This document shows, in pieces, positions 1 to 12,578 of a stretch of DNA of 64,000 nucleotides. The stretch's first letter is position 1. Every line of letters starts with the position of its first letter. The stretch is from contig OZ024743.1 of assembly GCA_964016885.1 (NCBI GenBank), forward strand, positions 237,336,001-237,400,000. The letters run 5' to 3'. Below the pieces are notes generated by a model that saw only the letters and a list, made by a program, of their open reading frames with translations, was not told where the DNA came from and made no database searches. The DNA comes from Eledone cirrhosa (lineage: Eukaryota). The position numbers were made by a program, and so were the translations under genes.

Positions 1-107
1 CTCAACTCTACTTTTGAAAAGCAGAAGAACTGCGAAACCGGTAAAGGAACCAAATAAATATATATATTTTTTTTAAAATAAGACTCCAGTTGCATTTTCG
101 ATTTCAT

Positions 108-166
<59 letters not shown>

Positions 167-605
167 ACGTCAAGACGGGCGGTCTCAAAAGTGAAACTAA
201 TTTTACGATTGTGAATTTGTTTGTTTTTTTACAACAGGTCTCAATAGTGAAAGTATAATGCAGACACGCGCAATTGTATGGATTTCTTAATATATATATA
301 TGTGTGGGTGTGTATATGTGTGTATATATATGTGTTTGTATATATATATGTGTTTGTGTCATCATCATCGTTTAACGTCTATCTTCCACGCAAGCATGGG
401 TTTAGACGTATATATGTTTGTGTGTATATATGTGTTTGTGTGTATATATATGTGTGTTTGTGTGTATATATATGTGGCCACATACACATATATATATATA
501 CAGACACATATATATACACACAAACACACATATATATACACACAAACACATATATACACACAAACATATATATACGTCTAAACCCATGCTTGCGTGGGTT
601 TAGAC

Positions 606-639
<34 letters not shown>

Positions 640-1039
640 AGAAGAACTTTATGAAACGGAAATGCGGGTATAAAGAATTTTTATACCCGCATTTCCGTTT
701 CATAAACTTCTCCATATTTTCTCCGGATTTTAAAACACACTTTATTATACGTTGAGTAATCTCTGACGTCGGTTGACTCCATCCAATGCAACTACTTAGT
801 AACATTGGAATACAAATTTACTAATTATATATATATATATATATAAAATAATATATGTACTAATAAACACATATAATTGTTTCTACTTTAGGCACAAGGC
901 CAGCAATTACTCAGTGCATTACTGGTATAATGCTCAGTATTTATACTTTGAGCCTCTTAATGACAGGGTATCAATATGAGTTATTAACTCTGCATTTTAT
1001 TTATATATATATATATATATGGTATTAAGATTGGTACTC

Positions 1040-1198
<159 letters not shown>

Positions 1199-1304
1199 GA
1201 CCTTACTTACTGTGGTTACCTCCGATTCAACCCGGAATAACTTATATATATATATATTATTCAAAATATTAACAAATGAAAAATATTCTCATAATCAAAA
1301 TATA

Positions 1305-1370
1305 TACTTTATTATATATATTTCAAAGGTACTGTGTTGTTTTCTCAGTACGTTCTCATCAGACAAAATA
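1305..1370 (-). ncRNA. Minimal type I hammerhead ribozyme motif
   Basis: Minus strand reads tattttgt-CTGATGA-gaacgtactg(loop)cagtaccttt-GAAA-tatata-TA-ataaagta. Stems I and II pair (with G.U pairs and one mismatch) and stem III is palindromic. Confidence 0.75.
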
Positions 1371-1956
1371 TATGATTTGATATATGACATATATATATAT
1401 ATATATATATATAGTGGTACAACACTGGAAGGTAATACCCGTAGTGGTAGAGCACTCAGTCCATGGGACGAGTTAGATAGAAATGGTTACACAACAGTTA
1501 GTTCACCATACCGAGAACAATTGTTTCACCTTAGCGGATCCTCAGGAATAACAAAAATAACGAAACAAACGGATATATATATATATATATATATATATCC
1601 GTTTGTTTCGATATTTTTGTTATTCCTGTTTACCTTTTACAGACACACACACGCTGAGAGTGTGTGTGTACGTGTGTAATATATACATATTGCAGCAATA
1701 CTATCAACCTATTGACTTATCTCTAAATTAGAGTGAAACCCCAGCGTCCTTTCTTCAGATGTGTCAATCAATCCACCTTCTCCTTCACATCTTATTCCAA
1801 ACTCTTTTCTTCCTTATTATTCTTCCACTTTTTCTTCTTTATTTATTAAGACTACATACATCTGTGTTCATACTCGTTATAGGAAGTGTTTACACGCACA
1901 TACATACATACATACATACATACATACATACATACATACATACATACATACATACA

Positions 1957-1989
<33 letters not shown>

Positions 1990-2067
1990 GATGGCTGCCA
2001 CCTCGTTATCGAGTATGGCCATTGCACGATATACCATTATCAGTAATTATTAATTAATTAATTCGAT

Positions 2068-2256
2068 GGGCGGTGGATTGGCAGTATCGGTAGAGTCGGA
2101 CACCATGCTTTGAAGCATAGAGTTACGTCCCTTTATGATCTGAGTTCAAATCCCGCCGAGGGTAACTTTGCCTTTCATCCTTACGGGGTCGATAAAATAA
2201 AGTACCAGTAATGTACTGGATAATTGCTGGCCTTGTGCCTAAAATAGAAACAATTA
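2068..2256 (+). mobile_element. tRNA-derived SINE, family A. Further full or partial copies at ~2272-2415(+), 8750-8930(-), 10128-10315(-), 10630-10818(-), 16550-16820(-), 17022-17210(-), 18245-18643(-, two), 36097-36283(-), 40558-40748(-), 49910-50043(+)
   Basis: A box tggcagtatcgg, B box gagttcaaatccc, conserved core gcctttcatccttacggggtcgataaaataaagtacc, tail ggccttgtgcc..agaaacaatta. Flanking duplications attaattaattcgatg here and ctcaaaataat at the 36.1 kb copy. Confidence 0.9.
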
Positions 2257-2454
2257 ATTAATTAATTCGATGCAAAGAGTTACGGCCCTTTCCATTCTGA
2301 GTTCAAATCCCGCCGAAGTTAACTTTGCCTTTCATCCTTACGGGGTCGATAAAATAAAGTACCAGTAATACACTGGATAATTGCTGGCTTTGTGCCAAAA
2401 GTAGAAACAATTAATTAATTCCATCGTGCAATGTCTGTGCGCAAAGATTTTTTT

Positions 2455-3680
2455 TAAGTGAAGAAAGACTGTGCACTGAGCCAATCCCACTCTCTGAGCG
2501 ACAGTAGCTATAACCCGAAAAGAAGAAACGATTAACATCATCGGTAACTACTGAGCCGCAGGTTTTATATCGGAGTTATCCCAGTTTCCTGAGATGCCTT
2601 CTCCTAGAAGAATGCCCTGACAAAAGCTAGGGGTCCTTCACTCCCAGTGGTTTAACCGTGCGATCGGGTGTCCACCCTAACTATTTCTATGTCCCCGCGC
2701 ATATACATACATATGCACACATGCATATGCATATATACATATACATATGTACATGTGTATATACATATTTACACATTTTTGGATGACCGTTGACTCTTAG
2801 CGTTCTTCCACCCTTTGTCAGGTTTTGTTTTTTGTCCTGCAGGGTGTCCAAAATCACCCTCCTCACCAAGTAAACTTGGTGGGGTTGCCGGTTTAGTCGC
2901 CGACGACCCGACTATGCGACATGTTATACTGGGTTATATGTTACCAGTATCATTCAAGAGTGACCCGACATACATACATACATACATTCCTCCATTCTGT
3001 CCCCCGGGGCTATGGCGAGGCCAAGCACGTGGGACTCCATTTTTCTAGGTTGTCTCTGTTAATTTTTAAAAAAACAACAGAATTAGTCGTTTAGTTTACA
3101 TAATGAGACCCAACTAAACATCATACATACATACATATATGATGGCTGCAAACTCTGCTAAGAGTATTGCAATCACTTGTGAGATTATAGAGTTTGGTGT
3201 ACTTTTAGGATACGGCCAGCCACACAAACCTGTAACATATCCTGAACAAGCAATGCCTGTACTTTGAATGTTTTTTTTAAGTGGGGAAATGCCTTGCACT
3301 AGACCAATCCCACTCTCTGAGCATCGAAAACACTACCTGAAAAGGAGAATGGTCAACATCATCGGATGATTCCGAAGCCACAGGTATTTTTGTTTTTTTT
3401 TCAGTTTCCCTCACCTAGAAAGGTGTTGTGACAACTGGGGGCCTTTCACTCACAGGTAAAAAAGAAGGTACTATTTGGATGGCCGTTGACTCTGCTTAGT
3501 TTCCCCCACCCTTTGCCGGGTCTTGTATTTCATCCCACAGGGTGTCCAAATATCACCCTCCACACCAAGCAAGCTTGGTGGGGTTGCTGGTTTAGTTGCC
3601 GACGACCCGACTATGAGACAGGTTGCACTGGGTTACATGTTACTAGTAGCACTCGGGAGCGACCTGACATACATACATAC
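2455..3680 (+). mobile_element. Two diverged copies of an unclassified retro-repeat ending in (TACA)n
   Basis: ~2470-2650 resembles ~3295-3455, and ~2780-2985 resembles ~3478-3680. Both end gacc(c/t)gacatacatac. Confidence 0.55.
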
Positions 3681-4042
3681 ATGTATATATGGTCCAGTAA
3701 CTCCTGATAGAGTCGTAGGGGCTCCGTATTGACCATACGGCGTTTCTAGGACATTTTAAACCAGGAGGAGCCCATCCCAGGCCTGAGTACAGCAGATTAC
3801 TTCCAGAGAAAAGTAGAAAGAGAGAGAGAGAGGAAATGAAAGAGATATATAGGAAGAATCGACTCCCAGTACTAGACTGGTACTTTTTTATCGACATCGA
3901 AAGAATGAAAGCAAAGTTGACCTCAGTGGGAGAACCCAGAGTAGAGAGATGGAACGAATACCACAAAGCATTCTATCTGACATTCGAGCGACTCTACCAA
4001 TTCACCGCCTACATATATATACATATATATATACATACACAT

Positions 4043-4093
<51 letters not shown>

Positions 4094-4472
4094 TACGCTC
4101 TCTACATTAACATCAATAAATTTGGCCATGTGCCAAAAGAATAAAAATTCTCATCAGTATCATCATCAGCATCATCATTATCATCATTATATATAAGATT
4201 AAGACAGATTAGCACGGCCACGTCACCGAAGATTGGGTCTTGGATTCGCTTGTGCCATATTCCATTGAAATAAATGGTTAAATTACCTTCCAAGTCCCTT
4301 TTTTCTTCAGTTAAATCACGGAGATATAGAAGCAAAGTTGGTTTTTGGTAATAGTTCTGGTGGTAGTAGTGGTGGTGGTGTTTGGTGGTGGTAGTAGTTG
4401 TGGGGGGAGTGATGATGGTTATAGTTATTTGTGAGTGTGTGTATATCTGTTAGTATATGTGTATCTGGATAT

Positions 4473-4547
<75 letters not shown>

Positions 4548-4824
4548 TGTGTGTGTAACGTAATACTATTATTTGTATATATAAATATATACACAAATAA
4601 TATCTCAATAAAAGGTCTTTAAATACTACACAGAAATGGATTAAAGCCTCCGTTGGTCGCAGTGGTAATCACAGTTGTAATATATATGTGATAATGATGA
4701 TGATGATGATTAAGATGATTCCAGACGATGAAAGCTACGCCAAAGACGAACTGATTCCTACCAACTTATTCAAAGATATGAAGGACAACGCCAGTTATAT
4801 AACGTAATCGAGTCACTTCCTGTC

Positions 4825-5830
4825 TTAACCCTCTCTCTCTGTCTCTACCTTTCTCTCTTACCCCTCAGTCAACCCTCACTGTCTGTCTCTACCTTTCTCT
4901 CTTAACCCTCAGTCTGTGTCTCTACCTAACTCTCTTAACCCTCTCTCTCTGTCTCTACCTTTCTCTCTTAACCCTGTCTCTACCTAACTCTCTTAACCCT
5001 CTCTCTCTGTCTCTACCTAACTCTCTTAACCCTCTCTCTCTGCCTCTACCTAACTCTCTTAACCCCCCTCTCTCTCTGTCTCTACCTTCCTCTCTTAACC
5101 CTCAGTCTGTGTCTCTACCTAACTCTCTTAACACTCTCTCTCTGTCTCTACCTTTCTCTCTTAACCCTGTCTCTACCTAACTCTCTTAACCCTCTCTCTC
5201 TGTCTCTACCTAACTCTCTTAACCCTCTCTCTCTGCCTCTACCTAACTCTCTTAACCCCCCTCTCTCTGTCTCTACCTTCCTCTCTTAACCCTCAGTCTG
5301 TGTCTCTACCTAACTCTCTTAACCCTCTCATTATGTCTCTTCTTTCTGCTCTTAACACCTCCCATCTCTGTCTCTTCCTTCCACTCTTTAGCCCCTCTCT
5401 GTCACTTCTCTACCTTCCACTCTTTAGGCCCACGTTGTCTCTACATTCCTCTCTTAACCCCCCCCCCTCTGTTTGTCTCTTCCTTCTACTCTTAACCCTC
5501 CCTCTCTGTCTTTTCCTTCCACTCGTTAGCCTCTCTCTGTCTCTACCTTTCTCTCTTAACCCCTTTTCTCTCTCTGCCTTCCTTTCTTAACCCTCTCTCT
5601 CTCACCCTGTCTCTTCCTTCCACTCTTAACCCTCTCATTATGTCTCTATCTTCTTCTCTTAACCCTCTCTCTCCGTCTCTACCTTTCTCTCTTAACCCTC
5701 TCTGTCTCTTTCTTCCTCTCTTCTTCCTTTCTCTGTGTGTCTATGCCTCTTTCTATCTTCATCCTATCTCTGTCTCTCCCTTCTCCTCTTAACTCTCTCT
5801 CTGTCTTCACCTTCCTCTCTTCACCCTGTC
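4825..5830. repeat. Polypyrimidine minisatellite, ~30-35 bp unit (ctcttaaccctctctctctgtctctacc)
   Basis: Direct tandem copies that degenerate towards the right. Confidence 0.9.
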
Positions 5831-6189
5831 TCTTTCTAACCAAACACTCTTTCGTCCTCTCTCTTTCTATATTTGTCTCTCTATCATACTTCCATCTGGT
5901 TTTCTGATGTCACTCTGCCCTCAGATCTCTTTGTTTATCACACACACACACACACATACTTGCTCTCGCGCTCTCTCTCTCTCTCTCTGTACCTCTCTAT
6001 CTATATCCCCTTTTCACAACCACTGTCCTTTAATTATTTCTTTCAGGTCTCCCCCCTCTTCTGTCTTCCATTCTCCCTCTCTCCCCTTCTGTCTACCATT
6101 CTCTCTCTCTGATACCAACAGAATCATGTGAGAAAGAACCAAGTGATATTCTACCGGTATAATGGGAAATAGAAGTTGGTGTTTAGGAG

Positions 6190-8606
6190 ATAGTAGTGGT
6201 GGTGGTGGTAGTAGTGGTCGTGGTGGTGATGGTGTTGGAGGTAGTGGTGGTGTTGGTGTTGTTGTTGGTGGTGGTGTTGGAGGTAGTGGTGGTGATGGTA
6301 GTGGTGGTAGTGGTGGTATTAGTAGTAGTGGTGTTGTTGTTGGTGCTGGTGGTGTTGTTGTTGTTGGTGGTGGTAATGCTGGTAGTGGTGTTGTTAGTAG
6401 TGGTGTTGTTGGTGGTGGCGGTAGTGGTCGTGGTAGTGGTGTTGTTAGTAGTGTTGTTGTTGGTGGTGGTGATTATTGCACACCTTGCAGGACGAAAAAC
6501 AAAACGAAAGGTCAAAGGTCGGAGGAACTGGTGTGAATCAACGACCATCCTTTAACATGTACATATGTGGGTTACAGTTAGGTCAGGTTGTTCTGGTTTC
6601 CCTGGATTGTCCTGCTACTGGCTACTATGTAACCCAGTACTACCTGCCACATAAGGCCAGATGGAAACTGAGTCCAAACCTCCGCCGCCTTGCAGTGATA
6701 TCCAATCATGGGAAGGCTTCGGGAGTAAAGCTTGTGTAGAAATCCGGAGTTGGAGCCCCTCAGGCAGTTCGTCGTTGATTACAACTTCGTTCTGGCAGCT
6801 CCTGGTGTTGTTGTTGGTGGTGGTGGTAGTAGTAGTTGTAGTAGTAGTAGTTGTGGTGGTGATGGTAGTGGTAGTTGTGGTAGTAGTAGTAGTTGTGGTA
6901 GTTGTAGTTGTGGTGGTGGTGGTAGTGGTAGTTGTGGTAGTAATGACAGTAGTAGTGGTAGTAGTAGTTGTAGTGGTAGTTGTGGTAGTAGTAGTTGTGG
7001 TAGTAGTAGTAGTAGTAGTAGTAGTTGTGGTAGTAGTAGTTATGGTAGTGGTAGTAGTGGTGGTGGTAGTTGTGGTAGTAGTAGTTGTGGTAGTAGTAGT
7101 TGTGGTAGTTGTGGTAGTTGTGGTGGTAGTAGTAGTTGTGGTAACAACACGTACAACAACGCCACCACCAACAACAACACCACCAACACCACTAACAACA
7201 ACAACACCACCAACACCAACAACAACACCACCAACAACAACAACACCAACAACACCACCAACAACACCACCAACAACAATACCACCAACAACACCAACAC
7301 CTCCAACAACAACACCACCAACACCACCACCAACAACAACACTAACACCAACACCACCAACAACAACAACACCACCAACAACAACACCACCACCAACACC
7401 ACCAACAACAACAACACCAACAACACCACCACCACCAACAACAACAACAACACCAACAACAACACCACCAACAACAACACCACCAACTACAACACCACCA
7501 CCACCACCAACAACAACAACACCACCAACACCAACAACACCACCAATACCACCAACAACAACACCACCAACAACAACAACACCACCAACAACACCACCAA
7601 CACCAACACCACCAACAACAACACCACCAACAACACCACCAACAACAACACCACCAACAACACCAACACCTCCAACAATAACACCACCAACACCACCAAC
7701 ACCACCAACACCACCACCAACACCACCAACACCACCACCAACAACAACACTAACACCAACACCACCACCACCAACACCACCAACAACAACACCACCACCA
7801 ACACCACCACCAACAACAACACCACCAACACCAACAACACCACCACCACCAACAACAACAACAACAACACCAACAACAACACCACCAACAACAACACCAC
7901 CAACTACAACACGACCACCAACACCACCACCACCACCAACAACAACACCACCAACAACAACACCAACAACAACAGCAACACCACCAACAACACCACCAAC
8001 ACCAACAACACCACCAATACCACCAACAACACCACCAACAACAACAACACCACCAACAACACCACCAACACCACCAACACCACCAACACCACCAACAACA
8101 ACACCACCAACAACACCACCAACAACACCACCAACACCAACACCAACACCAACACCAACAACACCACCAACACCACCAACACCACCAACAACACCACCAA
8201 CACCACCAACAACAACACCACCAACAACACCACCAACAACACCACCAACGCCAACACCACCAACAACACCACCAACACCAACAACACCACCAATACCACC
8301 AACAACACCACCAACAACAACACCACCACCAACACCACCAACACCACCAACACCAACACCAACAACACCACCAACAACACCACCAACACCAACACCAACA
8401 CCAACAACACCACCACCAACACCACCACCAACACCACCAACACCAACAACACCAACAACACCACCAACACTACCAACAACAACAACACCAACAACACCAC
8501 CGTCACCACCAATACCACCAACAACACCAACACCACCAACAACAACACCACCAACACCACCAACAACAAAACCACCAACACCACCAACACCAACAGTAAC
8601 AACAAC
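6190..8606. repeat. Compound trinucleotide microsatellite: (GGT/AGT/TGT)n followed by (CAA/CAC)n
   Basis: G/T-rich triplets at 6190-6470 and 6805-7142, and A/C-rich triplets at 7143-8606. Confidence 0.95.
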
Positions 8607-8994
8607 ATATGTTAAACGAGTGAGCTATAACGATGTGAATGAGAAGGTCAATGACTTGTAATTTACAGGACTAGTAATGTTGACAATATTGTCACACAAG
8701 GTCACTATTTTTTATACAACTCAGTAGAACTAACTATATCACATATAAATAGAGTTTCTACTTTTGGCACAAGGCCAGCAATTATTCAGTACATCACTGG
8801 TACTTTATTTTATCGACCCCGTAAGGATGAAAGGCAAAATTAACCTCGGCGGATTTGAACTCAGAACGCAAAGGGCCGTAACTCTTTGCTGCAAAGAATG
8901 GTGTCTAACGCTCTACCGATACTGCCAAACCACCTAGGACCCGAGATTCGCCAGATACCTCTGTTAGGCGAGCCGCCAATGAAGAGAGGAAATC

Positions 8995-9235
8995 GCAGTT
9001 TCCTCTCTTCATTGGCGGCTCGCCTAATAAGAGGTAACTGGCGAATCTCGCGAGGGTGCTTGGTTGTTCCAGCGCATTAGCCTCGCCATCATCCGAGGTA
9101 ACACTGCGAGTGTGCTGGCTTGCCTCAAAAATTCATTAGAGAGGTTGCCCAGTACCCCTGGCTGCTGTCTTTTGCTCTGGTGTTGACTCAGTTGTTCACC
9201 CCTTCCTTTACATTTTCTTTAATATTGTAACATTA
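8995..9235 (+). mobile_element. 3' fragment of a CRE-clade (restriction-like endonuclease) non-LTR retrotransposon; reverse copy of the same 3' end at ~15945-16104
   Basis: Translates, with a frameshift, to SFLSSLAARL..AWLFQRISLAIIRGNTASVLAC, the typical FQRxSxAIxRGN C-terminus of CRE-like elements. Confidence 0.7.
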
Positions 9236-9382
9236 AAGGAATATATCCTTCTGAAAGAATCGCGAGCTATTTATAATGTTATCTCAGCATTTGTAATGTT
9301 ATTTATGTATATATCTAAAACATATTTGTTGTTATTCTACTGTAAATTTATTTATATGCTTTGTATATACCTTAATAAAATA

Positions 9383-9513
9383 GGACCCTAGGACCACCTC
9401 CCTCGGTACGGAGTTGTCAACCCGCAGGTGTGACCCTCATAAGCTGGAATGGCTCTACCAACACGTCTCTCTCACCATCCTCCGGGGAAACGACTTCTCT
9501 ATTGTATCCGCAG
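9383..9513 (+). mobile_element. Decayed CRE-like 3' fragment, second subfamily
   Basis: Aligns by eye with 14690-14835 (ccctaggaccacctccct...gctggaatggctct...tccggggaaacg). Confidence 0.65.
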
Positions 9514-10818
9514 AGATCACGGGGCGACCAGCACGTGGGACCTCATTTTCTCATGATAGTGAGAGAGTGGGAGATCGGGGGAGACGGAAGTAGTGACAGT
9601 GGGTGTTTGGTTGTTTTGTGTCCGGAACTGGTGTATATGTATATTTTAGCTGTGAGCTTAATGGTTATGTAGTTAGTTCCATGTAAATCAGAAAGAAAGG
9701 AATAAGTTTAACGACACTGGTCCACTTCTACTAAATATTTTGTGTTGTACGAAAGGAACAGAGAAAAACTAGTAAAATCAAGTAAATGAAGATAAAATGT
9801 GTGACGCAGTTATTCCCCTTAGATTTATCACGGGAGATAACCTGTGCTGTGACTTTGGGCTAAAGTAATTTTACTTAGTAATATGCTACGAAGAATATAG
9901 AAAATATGATTTTAAAAATTGAATAAACACACAACACACACACACACACACACAACATACACAATACACACACACAACTGTAGGGCCGACTGGGAGGACA
10001 AAAGGAGTTGAAAAGGATATTTATCACATTTGACCAGGAAGTCGACCCTCGTTAGGATGAAAGGCGAAGTTAACCTCAACGGGATTTGAACTCAGAATGG
10101 CAAGGGCCGTAACTCATAATAATATAATAATTGTTTCTACTTTAGGCACAAGGCCAGTTATATTCCAATACATTACTGGTACTTTATTTTATCGACCCCG
10201 TAAGGATGAAAGGCAAAGTTAACCTCGGCGGGATTTGAACTCAAACCGTAAAGGGACGTAACTATGCTAGAAAGCATGGCGTCCAACCTTCTACCGATAC
10301 TGCCAATCCACCGCCCTTTAATGATTTCATTTATTGGCCACAAGGGCCGACATGTAGGGGACAATACAAAGACACAGAAAGTGGGGGTTTACAATAAGGT
10401 CAAGTAAAAGTGCACAATGGCAAGACTAATTTAACAATGAAGATATAAAAATATTAATTAAACTATACATAAATATAACAAAATAAATCCCCTATGAGGA
10501 GGAGGAGCTGAGGTACTCCACCAATCCATCCTGAACCACCCTGCGCTTCTAGGACACCCGAATGAAATGATTGTGTACAGTGCTCATGTGCACTACAACT
10601 CATGAAAGGTGCATGTATAGTATATAAAATAATTGTTTATACTTTTTGGCACAAGGCCAGCAATTATCCCAGTGCATTACTGGTACTTTATTTTATCGAC
10701 CCCGTAAGGATGAAAAACAAAGTTTACCTCGGCGGGATTTGAACTCGGACCAGAAAGGAACGCAACTCTTTGCTGCAAAGCATGGCGTTCGACCCTCTAC
10801 CGATACTGCCAATCCACC

Positions 10819-11140
10819 GTAGTTTGTTCCATGCTTCAACAACTCTGAACGTGAAAAGATGTTTCCGAAAGTCATGGGAGCTGCTGTTTTCTGACTTTGT
10901 TGGCATGCCCACGTGTGTTAGACACATGGAAATCAAAAGGCTGTTCAGGGTTATTGTTGGCAAGATGGTTAATAATTTTGTGGGTGTTTACCAAGTCGGT
11001 TGCCAGACGTCGGAGCTTCAATGTATCCATGCCCAGGGAAGCAAGGCGTTCAAAGTAAGGTAGATGCTTGATGGAGGGTATTCGCTTGGTTGCACGTCTC
11101 TGAACAGTTTCCAGGCGGTCAATGTTCTGAGCATATGGAA
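10819..11140 (-). mobile_element. CR1-clade LINE 3' fragment
   Basis: HDFRKHLFTFRVVEAWNKL; similar to 18860-19190. Confidence 0.75.
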
Positions 11141-11354
11141 TGTTATATATTTAGCGATAACAAATATATATATCGTAAGGTTGTGAGTTCGATTCCTGGA
11201 CCAGGCGATGCGTTATGTCCTTGAGCAAGACACTTTATTTCACGTTGCTCCTTCTAGCTGGAGTTGCGACCGATAGATAGTATTAGCAATTGGAAAGACC
11301 AACGGAAACATTGTTCCCTCGGTCCGATTTGACGAAAGTCGATCGTTCCTTTAT

Positions 11355-12502
11355 GGTATGTAGGAAAGGCGTAGGTAGAAACTCCATCTTATGTCCTAAA
11401 TGCAAAGTATGGGTGCATAAAAGATGTAGTGGGATCACAGGTAAGCTAACTAAGAACATAGACTTTACATGTGGCCGGTGTTCTGGTGCAATAAGTAGCA
11501 GCAAGTGCCCACAAAATACTAGCTCTTTCAATTGCGCAGAGGGTTCTATAGAAATAGTGGACAGCTTCCGTTACCTGGGCGATAAAATCAGCAGTGGGGG
11601 AGGGTGCTCTGAAAGTACTGTAGCTAGAGTCAGAACTGGTTGGAAAAAGTTCAGAGAGCTTATACCACTATTAGCTGCTAAAGGGTTCTCCCTAAAAATG
11701 AAAGGCAGGTTGTACGATGCCTGCATACGAACAGCAATGTTGCATGGTAGTGAGACCTGGGCATTGTGTGCAGAGGATATACGCAGACTAGAGAGGAACG
11801 AAGCTTGCATGCTCCGCTGGATGTGTAACAGTAATATACGTGAACGGCAGAGCATAAACGAACTAAGGAAAAAATTAGAGATAAGAGGGATCAGATGTTG
11901 TTTACTCGAGAGAAGGCTGCGTTGGTATGGACACGTGATGCGCATGAAAGTCGATAGCTGTATTACAAAGTGCAGGGCAATAAAGATAGACGGTAGTCAC
12001 GGAATAGGCAGACCTAGAAAAACATGGGATGAGCTGATAAACTCCGACCTCACACACTTACACCTCTCCAAGACAATGTCACTGGACCGTGACCTTTGGC
12101 GGTACTCAGTAACAGAGAAGACCCGCCTTGCCAGTAGGCATCTCTAACAAACTACACCCCGTCCCGCCACTACCCCCACCCCATCCACACCACCCCGTTC
12201 TATGTAAAGTTATGTTGGTGCCGCGCCATCCAGGCCGAAACAAATGAGATCGTGTAGGTGTCACGACAAAAAAACACACAGTCCACGCTGTAATGTGGCC
12301 GTGTAGGCAACACGGTAAAAACCTCCCAGACCCACACTGTAAATGTGGTTGGTGTTAGGAAGGGCATCCAACTGTAGAAAACCTGCCAGACAGTCCTATG
12401 CGAGCAAGACAATCACTCTTGCCTCAAGTGGGACTACCCCCGTCCAAACCCATGCAAGCGTGGAACACGGACGTTAAACGTTGATGATGATGATGATGAT
12501 GA

Positions 12503-12505
<3 letters not shown>
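11355..12505 (+). mobile_element. 5'-truncated RTE-clade LINE, sister of the 59.9-63.7 kb element
   Basis: RT C-terminus (FRYLG..RRLRWYGHVMRM..GRPRKTW), 3' UTR and (TGA)n tail; near-identical to the reverse complement of 59870-61010. Confidence 0.95.

Positions 12506-12571
<66 letters not shown>

Positions 12572-12578
<7 letters not shown>

Noticed and set aside
1505-1550. Hammerhead-like CTGAGGA..GAAA on the minus strand; similar remnants near 37010-37055 and 45968-46000
   Set aside because: Stem I is unpaired or the core is mutated. These are possible relics but cannot be supported as ribozymes.
2068-2160. tRNA genes suggested by A/B boxes
   Set aside because: No complete cloverleaf, and they are always fused to SINE bodies and tails.
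4311-4347. Plus-strand mini exon (LNHGDIEAKLVF) with ag/gt ends
   Set aside because: No partner exons or recognisable homology.
4825-5830. Interstitial telomere (taaccc motifs)
   Set aside because: Single ttaaccc motifs inside a CT-rich unit, not tandem CCCTAA.
6661-8661. 666-aa and 627-aa mucin-like or Asn/Thr-rich ORFs
   Set aside because: They are translations of a trinucleotide microsatellite, open in several frames, with no domain or splice support.
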